The notes: generated by a model from the letters alone, not told the origin. DNA of 64,000 nucleotides from Patescibacteria group bacterium UBA2135 (GCA_002327685.1 DCXN01000003.1:6981-70980), one strand, 5' to 3'. Counted from the stretch's first letter, positions 8,080-17,116 are shown. Translations and numbers: made by a program.

Positions 8080-10323
8080 CTACGGCCCCACCCCATACCT
8101 CCAATTCAAAACACCATAATCAAGATGCGGTGGAGCCCCCGCGCCAGTTTTAAAAAACGCCCTAAAATCAGCGACGTCATTATAAGAGAAACTATTACGC
8201 ACCTTATAAATCGCAGCAAACAATCGCTCCCCCTGAATAGGATTCAAAATGTCATCATTTTGCTGAGAACTAGGGCTCGTACCCAAAGAATGCCCATTAA
8301 CAATCGTTGAACTCGCCACAACCCCCCGATATAAATCACCATACACCGTCCCAGATATACCAGAATAAACATACTTGCAAGAGCCACTCTCTGGAATATA
8401 ATATCCCCCTTCAGAAAAACTTGAAGTCTCCGACGGGCAAAAATAACCAATCGCGAGAAGCGAAACACTGTTCTGCGCGCGCGGAGTACCATTAAGCGCG
8501 CCGCCATCCGCATCCGTGCCATTCACGGTAAAAGTATTATTTGATTTCCAATTCGTAGCAAGCGCGCCGTCTACCCCAAAGCTCACCCGCTCCATAGAAA
8601 GATAGTCAGAACCAGCGCTCCCGCCACACCATCCGCCGCCACAATCAGAAAGCGCCGGCGTCTCATCAAGCGTCGTAGTAGCAAAACCACCAAGATACTG
8701 AACAAGACTCAACACCTCGCCGCCATTCCCCAGATCAGAACTGCCGCCCGATCCGCTAAACGCTACTACTAAATCTTCAACAACACTCGTAGTATTACCG
8801 TCAGTCCGCTCTATAAGATAAAATCCGCTTGACGTCGCAGTCGCAGCCCCATCCCCTAACGAAATATCAGGCGCGCCATCTTCAGCGACAAGCGAAACAT
8901 TCGCAAGGGTAATGTCATGATTTGAAGGACTAAACAACTCCACCCACTCATCCGCACTTGACGCGTCCGTTCCTCCCCAGGCAATTTCATTAATAACAAG
9001 CGGGCGCGTAACCACCTCAACAGATTGCGCAGTCGTAGTAGCGCCATTTCCAACGGCATCATAAACAGCAGCTTGTAGATTATACGAGCCATCAGCTGAA
9101 ACCGTTATCGTCCCCGACGCGTCTGTCGTCGTAGCGGTCAACACACCGTCCCGGACGAGCGCGTAATACGCTATGTCAGTTGAAGAAGAACTCCACGAAA
9201 GGTTAAGCGTCATTCCGCCTGACAAACATGTCTCTGACGAAAGAGAATATTCACATTGAAGAACCGAGAACGAGCCAAACACAGGCGCGATGGTGTCTAC
9301 CGAAATAGTTTTCGCCGACGATGTCGCCGTCATCCCCTCACTGTTGGCGGCAATAATTTGAATAGCCGTTTCCCCTTCTGGAAAATTACTCAGCACAAGC
9401 GTCCAACTTTCGTTTTCATCCGCTGTCGTAGTCGCATTATTAAAATTGTTTGAGATGACAAGCGTTGACGAAGCAGTGCCGGAAAACGTGAGCGACGTCG
9501 TCGCGGTGTCAAAAACATCATCCGCGGGAGAAATAATAATCGGCGCGGAAATGACAACAGCCGCTGACTCCTCTTCTTCTTCAGCCTCTTCCTCTTCTTC
9601 TTCCTCCGCAGACTCACTCTCTTCAGCGTCATCCTGCGGCGCCTCCGGCGCCGTACCACCACCCCCACTCCCACCACCAAACCCCGGCTGATACGGTTGC
9701 GGCTGATATGGCTCCGACTCCAACAGGTCATCACCATCAATATCCGTCAATAAATCATCAACATCCGTCGCCACCTCCTCAGACTCAACCGGAATCTCCG
9801 CAAGCGGAGATTCCCCCACAGGCACAACCACAACTTCCGGCGCAACCACATCCACATCCCCCCCAAAAACCTCCCCCACCGACGGCTCCGCAAGCGGAGC
9901 CGTCACACTCACAAGCGGCGCCTCCGGCGCCGCCACAATTGAGAAAAAGGCTTCTTTGTCAGTTTTTTTATCAAGCTCAAAATTTTTTATTCTTTCTATA
10001 ACTTGAGATAGTTGCTGTTCTTGTTTTGCTTTTTCTAAATCACTTTTCATCTCCTCCCTATCATCCGGCAAAAAATACTTACTCGCCAACTCCACATCCT
10101 CCGCCTCAAGCGCTTCAATAAAAAGCGCGAGTGTTTCTTCCGGTGTTGCGCCGCCGAAGGTGTCATTTTCATATTCCTTCTCCAAATTTTCAAAATATTC
10201 AATCGCCGCGCGCTCCTGCCGCCCCTCGGGATTCAAATACGCCACCCCAACCCAAACAAGCAAGCCAACGACAATAATCCCCAAAAACCCTAATAAAAAC
10301 CTTTTACTTGTACCATTTAACAT
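8080..10323 (-). CDS. Large membrane-anchored surface protein with a lamin-tail domain, Ig-like repeats and an acidic/Pro-rich linker
   Basis: N-terminal transmembrane segment. Glu-rich and PQPYQP repeat tract. VINEIAWGGTDASSADEWVELFSP matches a lamin-tail domain. 747 aa. Confidence 0.7.
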   Translation of the reverse strand: MLNGTSKRFLLGFLGIIVVGLLVWVGVAYLNPEGRQERAAIEYFENLEKEYENDTFGGATPEETLALFIEALEAEDVELASKYFLPDDREEMKSDLEKAKQEQQLSQVIERIKNFELDKKTDKEAFFSIVAAPEAPLVSVTAPLAEPSVGEVFGGDVDVVAPEVVVVPVGESPLAEIPVESEEVATDVDDLLTDIDGDDLLESEPYQPQPYQPGFGGGSGGGGTAPEAPQDDAEESESAEEEEEEEAEEEEESAAVVISAPIIISPADDVFDTATTSLTFSGTASSTLVISNNFNNATTTADENESWTLVLSNFPEGETAIQIIAANSEGMTATSSAKTISVDTIAPVFGSFSVLQCEYSLSSETCLSGGMTLNLSWSSSSTDIAYYALVRDGVLTATTTDASGTITVSADGSYNLQAAVYDAVGNGATTTAQSVEVVTRPLVINEIAWGGTDASSADEWVELFSPSNHDITLANVSLVAEDGAPDISLGDGAATATSSGFYLIERTDGNTTSVVEDLVVAFSGSGGSSDLGNGGEVLSLVQYLGGFATTTLDETPALSDCGGGWCGGSAGSDYLSMERVSFGVDGALATNWKSNNTFTVNGTDADGGALNGTPRAQNSVSLLAIGYFCPSETSSFSEGGYYIPESGSCKYVYSGISGTVYGDLYRGVVASSTIVNGHSLGTSPSSQQNDDILNPIQGERLFAAIYKVRNSFSYNDVADFRAFFKTGAGAPPHLDYGVLNWRYGVGP

Positions 10324-10395
10324 AAGTCCTCATATTATATAAAGCTAATAAAAAATAAACTTGACTGACAAAAAATATATACTCTAACAAGCAAA

Positions 10396-10575
10396 CGAAC
10401 GGGAAAGGTCTGACCTTGAGGAAAAAACTGTGTCGCCAGGTCTGGCCTTGAGGAGGAGCGGAGCGACGGGAGAAGACCAGACCTTGCGGTACAGTTTTTG
10501 GGAAAAGGTCGGACCTCGCGGAGTCCATTTGCCGAACTGAGGAGTTTCAGCCCGAGACTGATCCGCCTCAGGCGG
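10396..10575. repeat. Family-2 GC-rich repeat array
   Basis: Units such as GGTCTGACCTTGAGG / CCAGGTCTGGCCTTGAGGAGGAGCGGAGCGACGGGAGAAG / ACCAGACCTTGCGG / GGTCGGACCTCGCGG. The core resembles the family-1 arm (CCGCAAGGYCCGGCCTT). Confidence 0.75.
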
Positions 10576-10595
10576 AAACACAAAACAAAATGCTT

Positions 10596-10835
10596 TTATT
10601 TGAATAGCCTTAATATATCCTCCTTGGTTATAGAAGAATCGCACTTCAAAACAAATTTAGCAATATTATTCACAACCTCACTTTTTATTTTTTTATGTCG
10701 CGGTAATGGACATTTAGTACCAGTATTCTCACAAGGAATTTGATCATGTTTTTTCCCGTTTATAATTGAAAACCCCAGTGTCTCTAGGGCTTTAGTAATT
10801 TTCCTATGGGTACTTTCAAAGAAGTAGTCACTCAT
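10596..10835 (-). CDS. hicA: HicA-family toxin (YcfA-like mRNA interferase)
   Basis: KITKALETLGFSIINGKKHDQ...PLPRHKKIKSEVVNNIAK follows the HicA pattern (LeklGF...kGSHh...vPvH.k.ik.g.lk.Ilk). 79 aa. Confidence 0.5.
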   Translation of the reverse strand: MSDYFFESTHRKITKALETLGFSIINGKKHDQIPCENTGTKCPLPRHKKIKSEVVNNIAKFVLKCDSSITKEDILRLFK

Positions 10836-10838
10836 TTT

Positions 10839-11222
10839 TTAGGCAACAATTTTTTCCATAACAAAATTTCTATCCAAATATTCATTTGGTATTGTCATGC
10901 CAAATTTTTCAACAAGTTCTTGTGACGGCTGATAATGTGTTACAAATTTTCTGTAATCCTCAGGAATTCCCAAGGAAGTATGCATGGCATCGTTCACCAT
11001 TTCAATTATTTCTTTTCCAGAATTTGCTTGTGTTATACAGTTATCAATATTTCCTATTTCAGCAACATAGCCGCCATCTTTAGATGATTGTATTCTGACG
11101 TCTATGGAGTCCGGAATTTTGGAGTTAAAAGCGACGATTAACTCCGGACGAATTGGTTCTTTGGTCCTAAAAAGAAAGTCTGTAAAAGACATATTTATAT
11201 TTATACTACATAAGCAAGACAT
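10839..11222 (-). CDS. hicB: HicB-family antitoxin (UPF0150-like)
   Basis: ...SSKDGGYVAEIGNIDNCITQANSGKEIIEMVNDAMHTSL matches the HicB N-terminal fold pattern. A 4-nt gap separates it from hicA. The true start may be the internal Met at 11192. Confidence 0.5.
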   Translation of the reverse strand: MSCLCSININMSFTDFLFRTKEPIRPELIVAFNSKIPDSIDVRIQSSKDGGYVAEIGNIDNCITQANSGKEIIEMVNDAMHTSLGIPEDYRKFVTHYQPSQELVEKFGMTIPNEYLDRNFVMEKIVA

Positions 11223-11529
11223 TGCAAGAAGCCCATCTCACAAACTTTTCAGCGCACTAACTAAAAGAACACTCTCACACCAAACACAAGAAGCCCGATA
11301 ATGACAACAGCGATAAAAATAAAAACGAGATACAAGAAAACTTCTTTCACAAACGAACGCCCTTTTTTAGACTCCTTTCCTGTTAATTCTTTATCCATAT
11401 TTTTATTTTACCAAAACGATACTCCTCTTCCTACAAACTGCACTCAATTCTGAAAGCAATAAAACGTCTTGCTCTAGAGCAAATTCAGGAGTTTGCTATG
11501 AAGCTCTTTTAAAAAATTTACACTGCCCG

Positions 11530-11817
11530 TCATTCGAAAAATTCAACTTCAATATCAATAGAATTATTTTGTTCGTTAAGAGTCCCTACCATCGCTATAA
11601 TGTGACGTCCTCCAGTTACTTCATTGGCTTGATACATGACAAGCGGACCCTCAAAGCTGCGCCCCTTAGGTAACGCATCTTTAATTCTCTGCACAGCATC
11701 ATCTTTTGAAGTAGCTTGTGCCATCGCTTCCTCCATAGCTTTTTTTGTCGGTACGACAACCTCACGCTTGAATTTTTCTCGTGATGTTTCAACACCAGGT
11801 GCATCTTCTTGTGACAT
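11530..11817 (-). CDS. Hypothetical protein
   Basis: 95-aa ORF with protein-like composition. Confidence 0.4.
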   Translation of the reverse strand: MSQEDAPGVETSREKFKREVVVPTKKAMEEAMAQATSKDDAVQRIKDALPKGRSFEGPLVMYQANEVTGGRHIIAMVGTLNEQNNSIDIEVEFFE

Positions 11818-11929
11818 AAATTTATGTTTAATTATAAATATAAAGTTATATTAACACGATAAGCAAAATTTAATAAATGATAAATGATAGCCCAAAATAA
11901 GGCCAGTCACTTTTTTGCAATTATTAATC

Positions 11930-12033
11930 ACTCGTCTGCCAAATATTATTACACGCCGCGCTTTTCTGCCATCCAGCCGCCATAGCCTCCTCTTCGGCAC
12001 AAAACCACTGCTCCCCTTTCCGCGGGTCAATCC
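11930..12033 (-). pseudogene. Duplicated 3'-terminal fragment of the thermonuclease gene
   Basis: About 105 bp at ~90% identity to 12690-12795, which is the last ~35 codons plus stop of the 12684-13475 gene. Confidence 0.6.
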
Positions 12034-12037
12034 TCAC

Positions 12038-12112
12038 CCCCCCCACTTCAAAACACACCAAATCACCTCCTCCCCAAAAAAACACTATAAAATACCCCGC
12101 ATTGGGGGGTTT
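12038..12112. repeat. C/A-rich ~75-bp intergenic repeat (copy 2)
   Basis: CAAAACACACCAAATCACC...AAAATACCCCGCATTGGGGGGTTTG. Hairpin plus T-rich tail. Confidence 0.6.
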
Positions 12113-12239
12113 GTTTATTCTTTCAAATCATATCCTTGACATATAGCATGTATCGTGCTAGGATTACCGTAGAAAGCCTACATCATGGTAGTTCAAACGA
12201 CAAATATATTGTCCTAATCTGAAACGAAAGGAGTCCATA

Positions 12240-12485
12240 GTGTTGAAAGAGAGAGACGACGAAATCATTAGCAAACACGTTCGCGTTAAGGCATGTGAAG
12301 CACTCGAGCACGGCGATAACGTTGGATGTGTTTGTCATCTTATCGGCAAGGTGGTTAAGATCAAAAAGCGCTACAACGCACCACTCGCTGGCACACCCTC
12401 ATATCACATCAAGGGTATGAATCAGCGCGTCCGGCGTAGTGAAGTCACGCTGCTGAGAGACCAGTCAACACCCTTGAGTAAGTAG
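12240..12485 (+). CDS. Hypothetical small protein (GTG start)
   Basis: 81 aa. AAAGGAG RBS upstream. A hairpin GAGAATCC-GTC-GGATTCTC follows the stop. Confidence 0.4.
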   Translation: MLKERDDEIISKHVRVKACEALEHGDNVGCVCHLIGKVVKIKKRYNAPLAGTPSYHIKGMNQRVRRSEVTLLRDQSTPLSK

Positions 12486-12683
12486 CCCTCGAGAATCCGT
12501 CGGATTCTCAATCGAACTCTCAAGAAGTAACCAGGCGCACGACCTTCGGGTACGGCGTCTTTTATTTTGGAAAATAGGGACAGTTTAGAAAATAAGGTCA
12601 CCCACTTCCCCAACAAACCCCAAAATCACCCCTCCGCGTTACTTAACAAAAAATCAAATCCAAAATCATAAATCATAAATCCC

Positions 12684-13475
12684 TCACCCTTTCGTCTGCC
12701 AAATATTATTACACGCCGCGCTTTTCTGCCATCCAGCCGCCATAGCTTCTTTTTCCGTACAGAACCACTGCTCCCCTTTCCGCGGGTCAATTTTCACACG
12801 TTTGTAATTCGGACATCCCGGAAAGAAATAGTCCTTTTCATAACGCTTATTAATATTCCCCTTTATCACACACTCATCACTAAACGGATCACTCGCTTGC
12901 TCCCGCTCCGCGCTCGCTGACGCTTTTTCATAATCACACGCGCCCCACATTCCCAATTCTTCTTCCTCGGCTTCGCTTTGAGTCGCTTGCAGTTGCGATA
13001 AATATCGCCTGTTGGGTTTCACATAAACGCTCTCCGCATAACCACCACGCACAAGTTCTTTGTTCACAAACACATCATCAATTTCCGGATTCTCGCTACG
13101 CAAAACAACATACCGAAGTAATCTATCATAATTATCACTCGCAGTTTGATCCTTCTCTAAAAGAATCTCTTGTCCTAACACCAATCCAGTCAACTCTTTT
13201 TTAGCTTCCTCACCAAAACACTCCGCGCTCTCCGGAGCATCAATTCCTAACAAACGCACACGAATGTTGTTTTCAATAATTAAAGTATCACCGTCTACGA
13301 CTTGCTCCACAAGATGCAGTCGCTCTTCAAAATTAGCCCCATATTTCCCATAATTTTTAACAACCGTATACCCGCCATAACCCCCAGCCGCCATCACAAA
13401 CGCCAACACGCCCATAATCACCTTGTGCGAAAAAATATTCTTAACCATACCCTTAATTATGCACCATATACTCAC
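12684..13475 (-). CDS. Thermonuclease (staphylococcal nuclease-like, SNc) family protein with an N-terminal membrane anchor and a C-terminal Cys-containing domain
   Basis: VVDGDTLIIENNIRVRLLGIDAPES...DNYDRLLRYVVL...VNKELVRGGYAE is the SNase fold signature. The C-terminus carries ...GEQWFCTEKEAMAAGWQKS. Confidence 0.7.
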   Translation of the reverse strand: MSIWCIIKGMVKNIFSHKVIMGVLAFVMAAGGYGGYTVVKNYGKYGANFEERLHLVEQVVDGDTLIIENNIRVRLLGIDAPESAECFGEEAKKELTGLVLGQEILLEKDQTASDNYDRLLRYVVLRSENPEIDDVFVNKELVRGGYAESVYVKPNRRYLSQLQATQSEAEEEELGMWGACDYEKASASAEREQASDPFSDECVIKGNINKRYEKDYFFPGCPNYKRVKIDPRKGEQWFCTEKEAMAAGWQKSAACNNIWQTKG

Positions 13476-13535
13476 AAAAAAATATCATAAAAAAGCCAGC
13501 TGTTTGGGGCAGAACAACTGGCAAACCATTTTTGA

Positions 13536-13736
13536 TTAAAAAAACAGGTAGAACACTAGGCCGGCAAAGACCATGCCCTCCAATATATAGGTGAATTCGT
13601 GTAATGCCCTCTGAGCCCACCCGTGCGTCTCGTAGTAACTCCGCTTATAGTCAGTCAGGTGGTCAGAAACCATTATAACCCCCATGCTGACCACAGTAAA
13701 AAAGGTAAATATTACGACAATCTTGACGTCTACCAT
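13536..13736 (-). CDS. Small membrane protein
   Basis: 66 aa, two hydrophobic segments. Confidence 0.3.
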   Translation of the reverse strand: MVDVKIVVIFTFFTVVSMGVIMVSDHLTDYKRSYYETHGWAQRALHEFTYILEGMVFAGLVFYLFF

Positions 13737-13875
13737 AACGCCCTCCTTTTCTCGGTTGAACTTTAGGATTACTGGAAAACGAGTCTAAATACATTATACA
13801 CAACGATAAGTATCTGTCAAGTAAAAGCCGCACTTGCATTGCAAAAGTGCGGCTTCATAATTACATGACCCTCGT

Positions 13876-14061
13876 TCAGTCGCTCTCTTTCGTAATGAGC
13901 CATTTCGAGAGAAGATAAGCTGCGACGAGAGCACCGACAGCCACAATGGTCATGTTGATTTTGTCGGTGACCTGGTACGCGGCTAAAACGACACCGCTTG
14001 CGCCCAGCCATACAATAACGAGTGCGATAAGTTCGGTCGGTGAAAAACTTCTCATTGACAT
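13876..14061 (-). CDS. Small membrane protein
   Basis: 61 aa, two hydrophobic segments. An overlapping alternative frame (13817-14086) looks less protein-like. Confidence 0.3.
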   Translation of the reverse strand: MSMRSFSPTELIALVIVWLGASGVVLAAYQVTDKINMTIVAVGALVAAYLLSKWLITKESD

Positions 14062-14129
14062 TGATTGTACTCCTCATAGCTATCAAATAACCTCAATCAT
14101 ATTATCATACTTAAAAGATTACGTCAACC

Positions 14130-14199
14130 CCGCCGCAAGGCCCGGCCTTACATGGGGATAAGCTGTTGATAAACTACTCCATAAGGCCGGGCCTTGCGG
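14130..14199. repeat. REP-like element, family 1 (copy 7)
   Basis: CCGCCGCAAGGCCCGGCCTTACATGGGGATAAGCTGTTGATAAACTACTCCATAAGGCCGGGCCTTGCGG. Confidence 0.8.
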
Positions 14200-14285
14200 A
14201 CAAATGAATTTTTACCAAAACAAAAAAGACCGCCCCCTCGCATACGAAGCGAGGGTTTGGTCTCTCGTTTCGCCGAAGTGGCGGT

Positions 14286-14708
14286 TTAAGGGAACGTCCC
14301 ACAACACTCATAGCAATAGAAGGTGAAACCAACGTGGCTCGGGCCAACGCTACCTCTCGTGTTGCAATGCGGACAGACGGGATACTCCCTCGCCAGCTCC
14401 ATGTCGGTGGCAGTTTCAAATCCCGCTTTGTTGACTCTCCTAAGGAAGATGTTGATACCCACCCTCAGAGAATCTGACAGCGGTTCTACGAAGACATCAT
14501 CCTCCTTTCTAATCAACTGTTCTAGAACACCGATCTGCTGAAACTGGGTCATCGCTTCAACTTGTTCCTTAGTCGTACCGTCGGGAAAAGTTATCCCTTC
14601 TTGAAACACACAATTGATGAGACGGGCAAGCTCATCCTCATCTTGTAAAAGTTTGAGGTTTTGGGCACTCGCCCAATCTCTGATCTTTTGCGCCATTGCG
14701 TCGTCCAT
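14286..14708 (-). CDS. Hypothetical protein with a C-terminal zinc-ribbon-like Cys cluster
   Basis: 140 aa. ...CPHCNTRGS...FYCYECCGTFP. Confidence 0.45.
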   Translation of the reverse strand: MDDAMAQKIRDWASAQNLKLLQDEDELARLINCVFQEGITFPDGTTKEQVEAMTQFQQIGVLEQLIRKEDDVFVEPLSDSLRVGINIFLRRVNKAGFETATDMELAREYPVCPHCNTRGSVGPSHVGFTFYCYECCGTFP

Positions 14709-14809
14709 CGTTACCTCGCTTTCTTTACAATAAATAGGTAATTGACTAAATTGTTTATTCTAAAGCAATTATACTCTATCTAATCCAACATGTCAAGCTC
14801 GCTAAACAT

Positions 14810-14838
14810 TTGACAAATAGATTTAGTTATGACACACT
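14810..14838 (+). promoter_or_regulatory. Promoter motif paralogous to 6721-6749
   Basis: TTGACAAATAGATTTAGTTATGACACACT, 23/29 identical to the 6721 copy. Precedes the 14884 gene. Confidence 0.5.
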
Positions 14839-14883
14839 TTAGATAGACAAAATCGACAAACCCACCTTTTCGGGAGAATCATA

Positions 14884-15177
14884 ATGCCGAAAGAAGCAAC
14901 AACGCGCGAAAGACAAAAATCTTGGGGCTTGGTCATCTTCATGTTAGGATCCGCCGTCTGGATCTTTGTCTATGGAGGAATGTTATACGGAGAAACGCAA
15001 TTCGCGGAATCGGACTACATGACAATAGTTGGAATCATAACCGCAGGCGCACTTCCTCTCGCTATAGCTATCACCATTATCTTCCGGCTTGGAGTTGAGT
15101 ACGGGAGATCGTACGCCGAACGCGCACAGGGGCATAGAGATATCACCACCTGCCACTTCATGAATGATACGAACTAA
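14884..15177 (+). CDS. Small membrane protein
   Basis: 97 aa, two transmembrane segments, GGAG-type RBS. Confidence 0.5.
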   Translation: MPKEATTRERQKSWGLVIFMLGSAVWIFVYGGMLYGETQFAESDYMTIVGIITAGALPLAIAITIIFRLGVEYGRSYAERAQGHRDITTCHFMNDTN

Positions 15178-15268
15178 CCACGCCCATCACAAGCCTCGCC
15201 GACCTCGCCAAGAGGTCGGTTTTTCATTTCCCCCTCTGGCTTCTTTCAAAAAAAATATGGGCGAGATT

Positions 15269-15784
15269 TTACCCTCGCCCATTTATTAGCCTCGCCGCTT
15301 CATCTCCACAATAATGATCACTGTATAAGAATTCAATTATCTTATCACGCTCCCAGTCGGCAATGTCAGGAATCTCATCAAGTCCTAAGGAAAAAGCTGC
15401 CGCAGAAAGATGAATCCTGTCTCTAAGAGGACTCTCAGCAACACTTTCTATCTTGTGACCAGACTCGTGACCAAACCAACCACTCTCGTTTATATATTCA
15501 TAATCGTAATACATAGCAAGCAAGATAGACAATCCGCATTTTGCTTTCTCTTCATAGCCATCCGTTAGCCAAGAGAACACTTTTTCTAGAATACCACTCC
15601 GAAGACTTCTACCACATGAATGCCCTCCAGAATCATAACCACGACATACTTCTATGATGCAATAAAGTGCGATGTCTTTTTTAGAGCCTTCCCTTTCTAG
15701 TAATTTCGCAACTTCTTCTTCAAAATATTCCATTTGTAGTGGAGGAATATTTTTATCCTTGCAAAGAACTTTTAAAGACCTCAT
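15269..15784 (-). CDS. Hypothetical protein
   Basis: 171-aa ORF with no recognised motif. Confidence 0.45.
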   Translation of the reverse strand: MRSLKVLCKDKNIPPLQMEYFEEEVAKLLEREGSKKDIALYCIIEVCRGYDSGGHSCGRSLRSGILEKVFSWLTDGYEEKAKCGLSILLAMYYDYEYINESGWFGHESGHKIESVAESPLRDRIHLSAAAFSLGLDEIPDIADWERDKIIEFLYSDHYCGDEAARLINGRG

Positions 15785-15863
15785 CTCAACCTCCTTAAAT
15801 AGCGCTACTTTCTATCACAGATACTACATATATCTTAGCGAGAGTAAAGAATTAAATTAAACC

Positions 15864-15884
15864 ACGCAGGGCCGGGCCTTGCGG
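15864..15884. repeat. REP-like half-element (family-1 arm) downstream of the RAYT gene
   Basis: ACGCAGGGCCGGGCCTTGCGGG. Confidence 0.6.
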
Positions 15885-15890
15885 GAATCT

Positions 15891-16046
15891 ACGGAATTCT
15901 TTCAGAAGACGTTGGTTGATATGTACGAGCTTCTTTTTGCTCCACGTCAATATATCCGGCAACTAGAGCGCCGACAACGCCAATAAGTACAATGAGCACA
16001 AAACGAGTTAAGAATTTGAGAAATGTTGGAGTAAATACTTCCCTCA
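15891..16046 (-). CDS. Possible 52-aa membrane peptide
   Basis: MREVFTPTFLKFLTRFVLIVLIGVVGALVAGYIDVEQKEARTYQPTSSERIP from a hand translation of the minus strand. Not in the ORF track (under 60 aa). Confidence 0.2.
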
Positions 16047-16054
16047 TCACATTA

Positions 16055-16891
16055 TTATACCACAGTCACCCGTTGTTCTTGTTCTTGTTCTTGTGTTTGT
16101 TGCTGTGATTGTGTGCTTTCAATGTCTTCAGCACCTTCAGCATCTTTAACGTCTTCAACAATCTCAATCCGCGCATCTGCCTGCATATCCACCCTCCCCT
16201 CCTCACCCTCCAATTCAAGAATCTCTTTACTATACGTCAACCACGCGTTGATAAATTCATCAAATTCAGCAAAATCCTCAAAATATTCAGGGAAAAATTC
16301 TTTAGCGTTACTGACAATAGCGCCCTCCGGACGTACTTTCCCGATGAAATCCAAATAGCTTGAATAGTCATAATGCAAAAGCTGTGTGCGAGCTTCTTGC
16401 AGATTTTGAATACCTTTTTCTTTCCATGTTGAGTCAACTAGTTTCACCGGATTTAAATGAATATATGCAAAAAGATATCTCAAGTAATTATCGTGGATGG
16501 CGCGTTTTGACTTAAATCTGCCCTCAAACAACGTACCAGAACGTTCATATTTCGTATTGAAGTACATTGAATACGCCGTCATCAATTTTTGCATGAATCG
16601 TGAAATACCGTTTGGCTGTATTTGTCTTATGAGAATGTGAAAATGATTGGGCATCAAGCAATACGCGCCAATCGCCACAAGAGGTTTTCGTCGTGAAAAC
16701 ATTTTAAGCAATTCAGAAAAAGAAAGCGTTCTTAGAACTTCCATCCTAATTTCACTTTCACCATTACACACATACAATAAACGCATAAAACGATCATAAT
16801 CTTCCCTTTTGAGAAAAATATCACGCTTATCAACACCTCTATTATAGAGATGATAAAATTCATTTTCTGCAAATTGTTCTTTACGAGCCAT
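16055..16891 (-). CDS. REP-associated tyrosine transposase (RAYT; IS200/IS605-like Y1 HUH transposase)
   Basis: YHLYNRGVDKRDIF...AYCLMPNHFHILI (the HUH motif) ...GTLFEGRFKS...YLRYLFAYIHLNPVK (the catalytic Tyr). REP-like elements lie on both sides. Confidence 0.75.
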   Translation of the reverse strand: MARKEQFAENEFYHLYNRGVDKRDIFLKREDYDRFMRLLYVCNGESEIRMEVLRTLSFSELLKMFSRRKPLVAIGAYCLMPNHFHILIRQIQPNGISRFMQKLMTAYSMYFNTKYERSGTLFEGRFKSKRAIHDNYLRYLFAYIHLNPVKLVDSTWKEKGIQNLQEARTQLLHYDYSSYLDFIGKVRPEGAIVSNAKEFFPEYFEDFAEFDEFINAWLTYSKEILELEGEEGRVDMQADARIEIVEDVKDAEGAEDIESTQSQQQTQEQEQEQRVTVV

Positions 16892-16957
16892 ATGTTTGAA
16901 AATTACGCTTAATTACATCATTGTGTTTAATTACATGATTCTATCTTACAAGCACCA

Positions 16958-17031
16958 CCCCCGCAAGGCCCGGCCTTGCAAGTTATCCACAGGTTATCCC
17001 CCAAAAACCTCTCTCAAGGCCGGGCCTTGCA
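16958..17031. repeat. REP-like element, family 1, inverted variant (copy 9)
   Basis: CCCCGCAAGGCCCGGCCTTGCAAGTTATCCACAGGTTATCCCC...CAAGGCCGGGCCTTGC. The central part is the reverse complement of GGGGATAACCTGTGGATAA. Confidence 0.7.
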
Positions 17032-17116
17032 GAAAATCATCCACTCAAAAACCGCCTCACTTATTAGCAAGGCGGTTTTTAATGATTTGCTTTATCTTCG
17101 TATTAGCTTCTTTTCT

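Larger units (their letters stand above)
15864..17031. mobile_element. REP-RAYT-REP unit
   Basis: The RAYT gene is bracketed by a family-1 half-element (15864-15884) and an inverted variant REP (16958-17031). Confidence 0.6.

Noticed and set aside
10304-10644. Short ORFs (74-86 aa) spanning the family-2 repeat array, and ORF 14174-14419 spanning a REP copy
   Set aside because: They are translation artefacts of GC-rich repeats (Arg/Pro/Gly-rich with no RBS) that recur wherever the repeat occurs.
16958-17031. DnaA box (TTATCCACA) inside the inverted REP copy, read as a functional DnaA binding site
   Set aside because: The 9-mer is simply the reverse complement of the REP central segment (GGGGATAACCTGTGGATAA). 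It is part of the element rather than an independent site.
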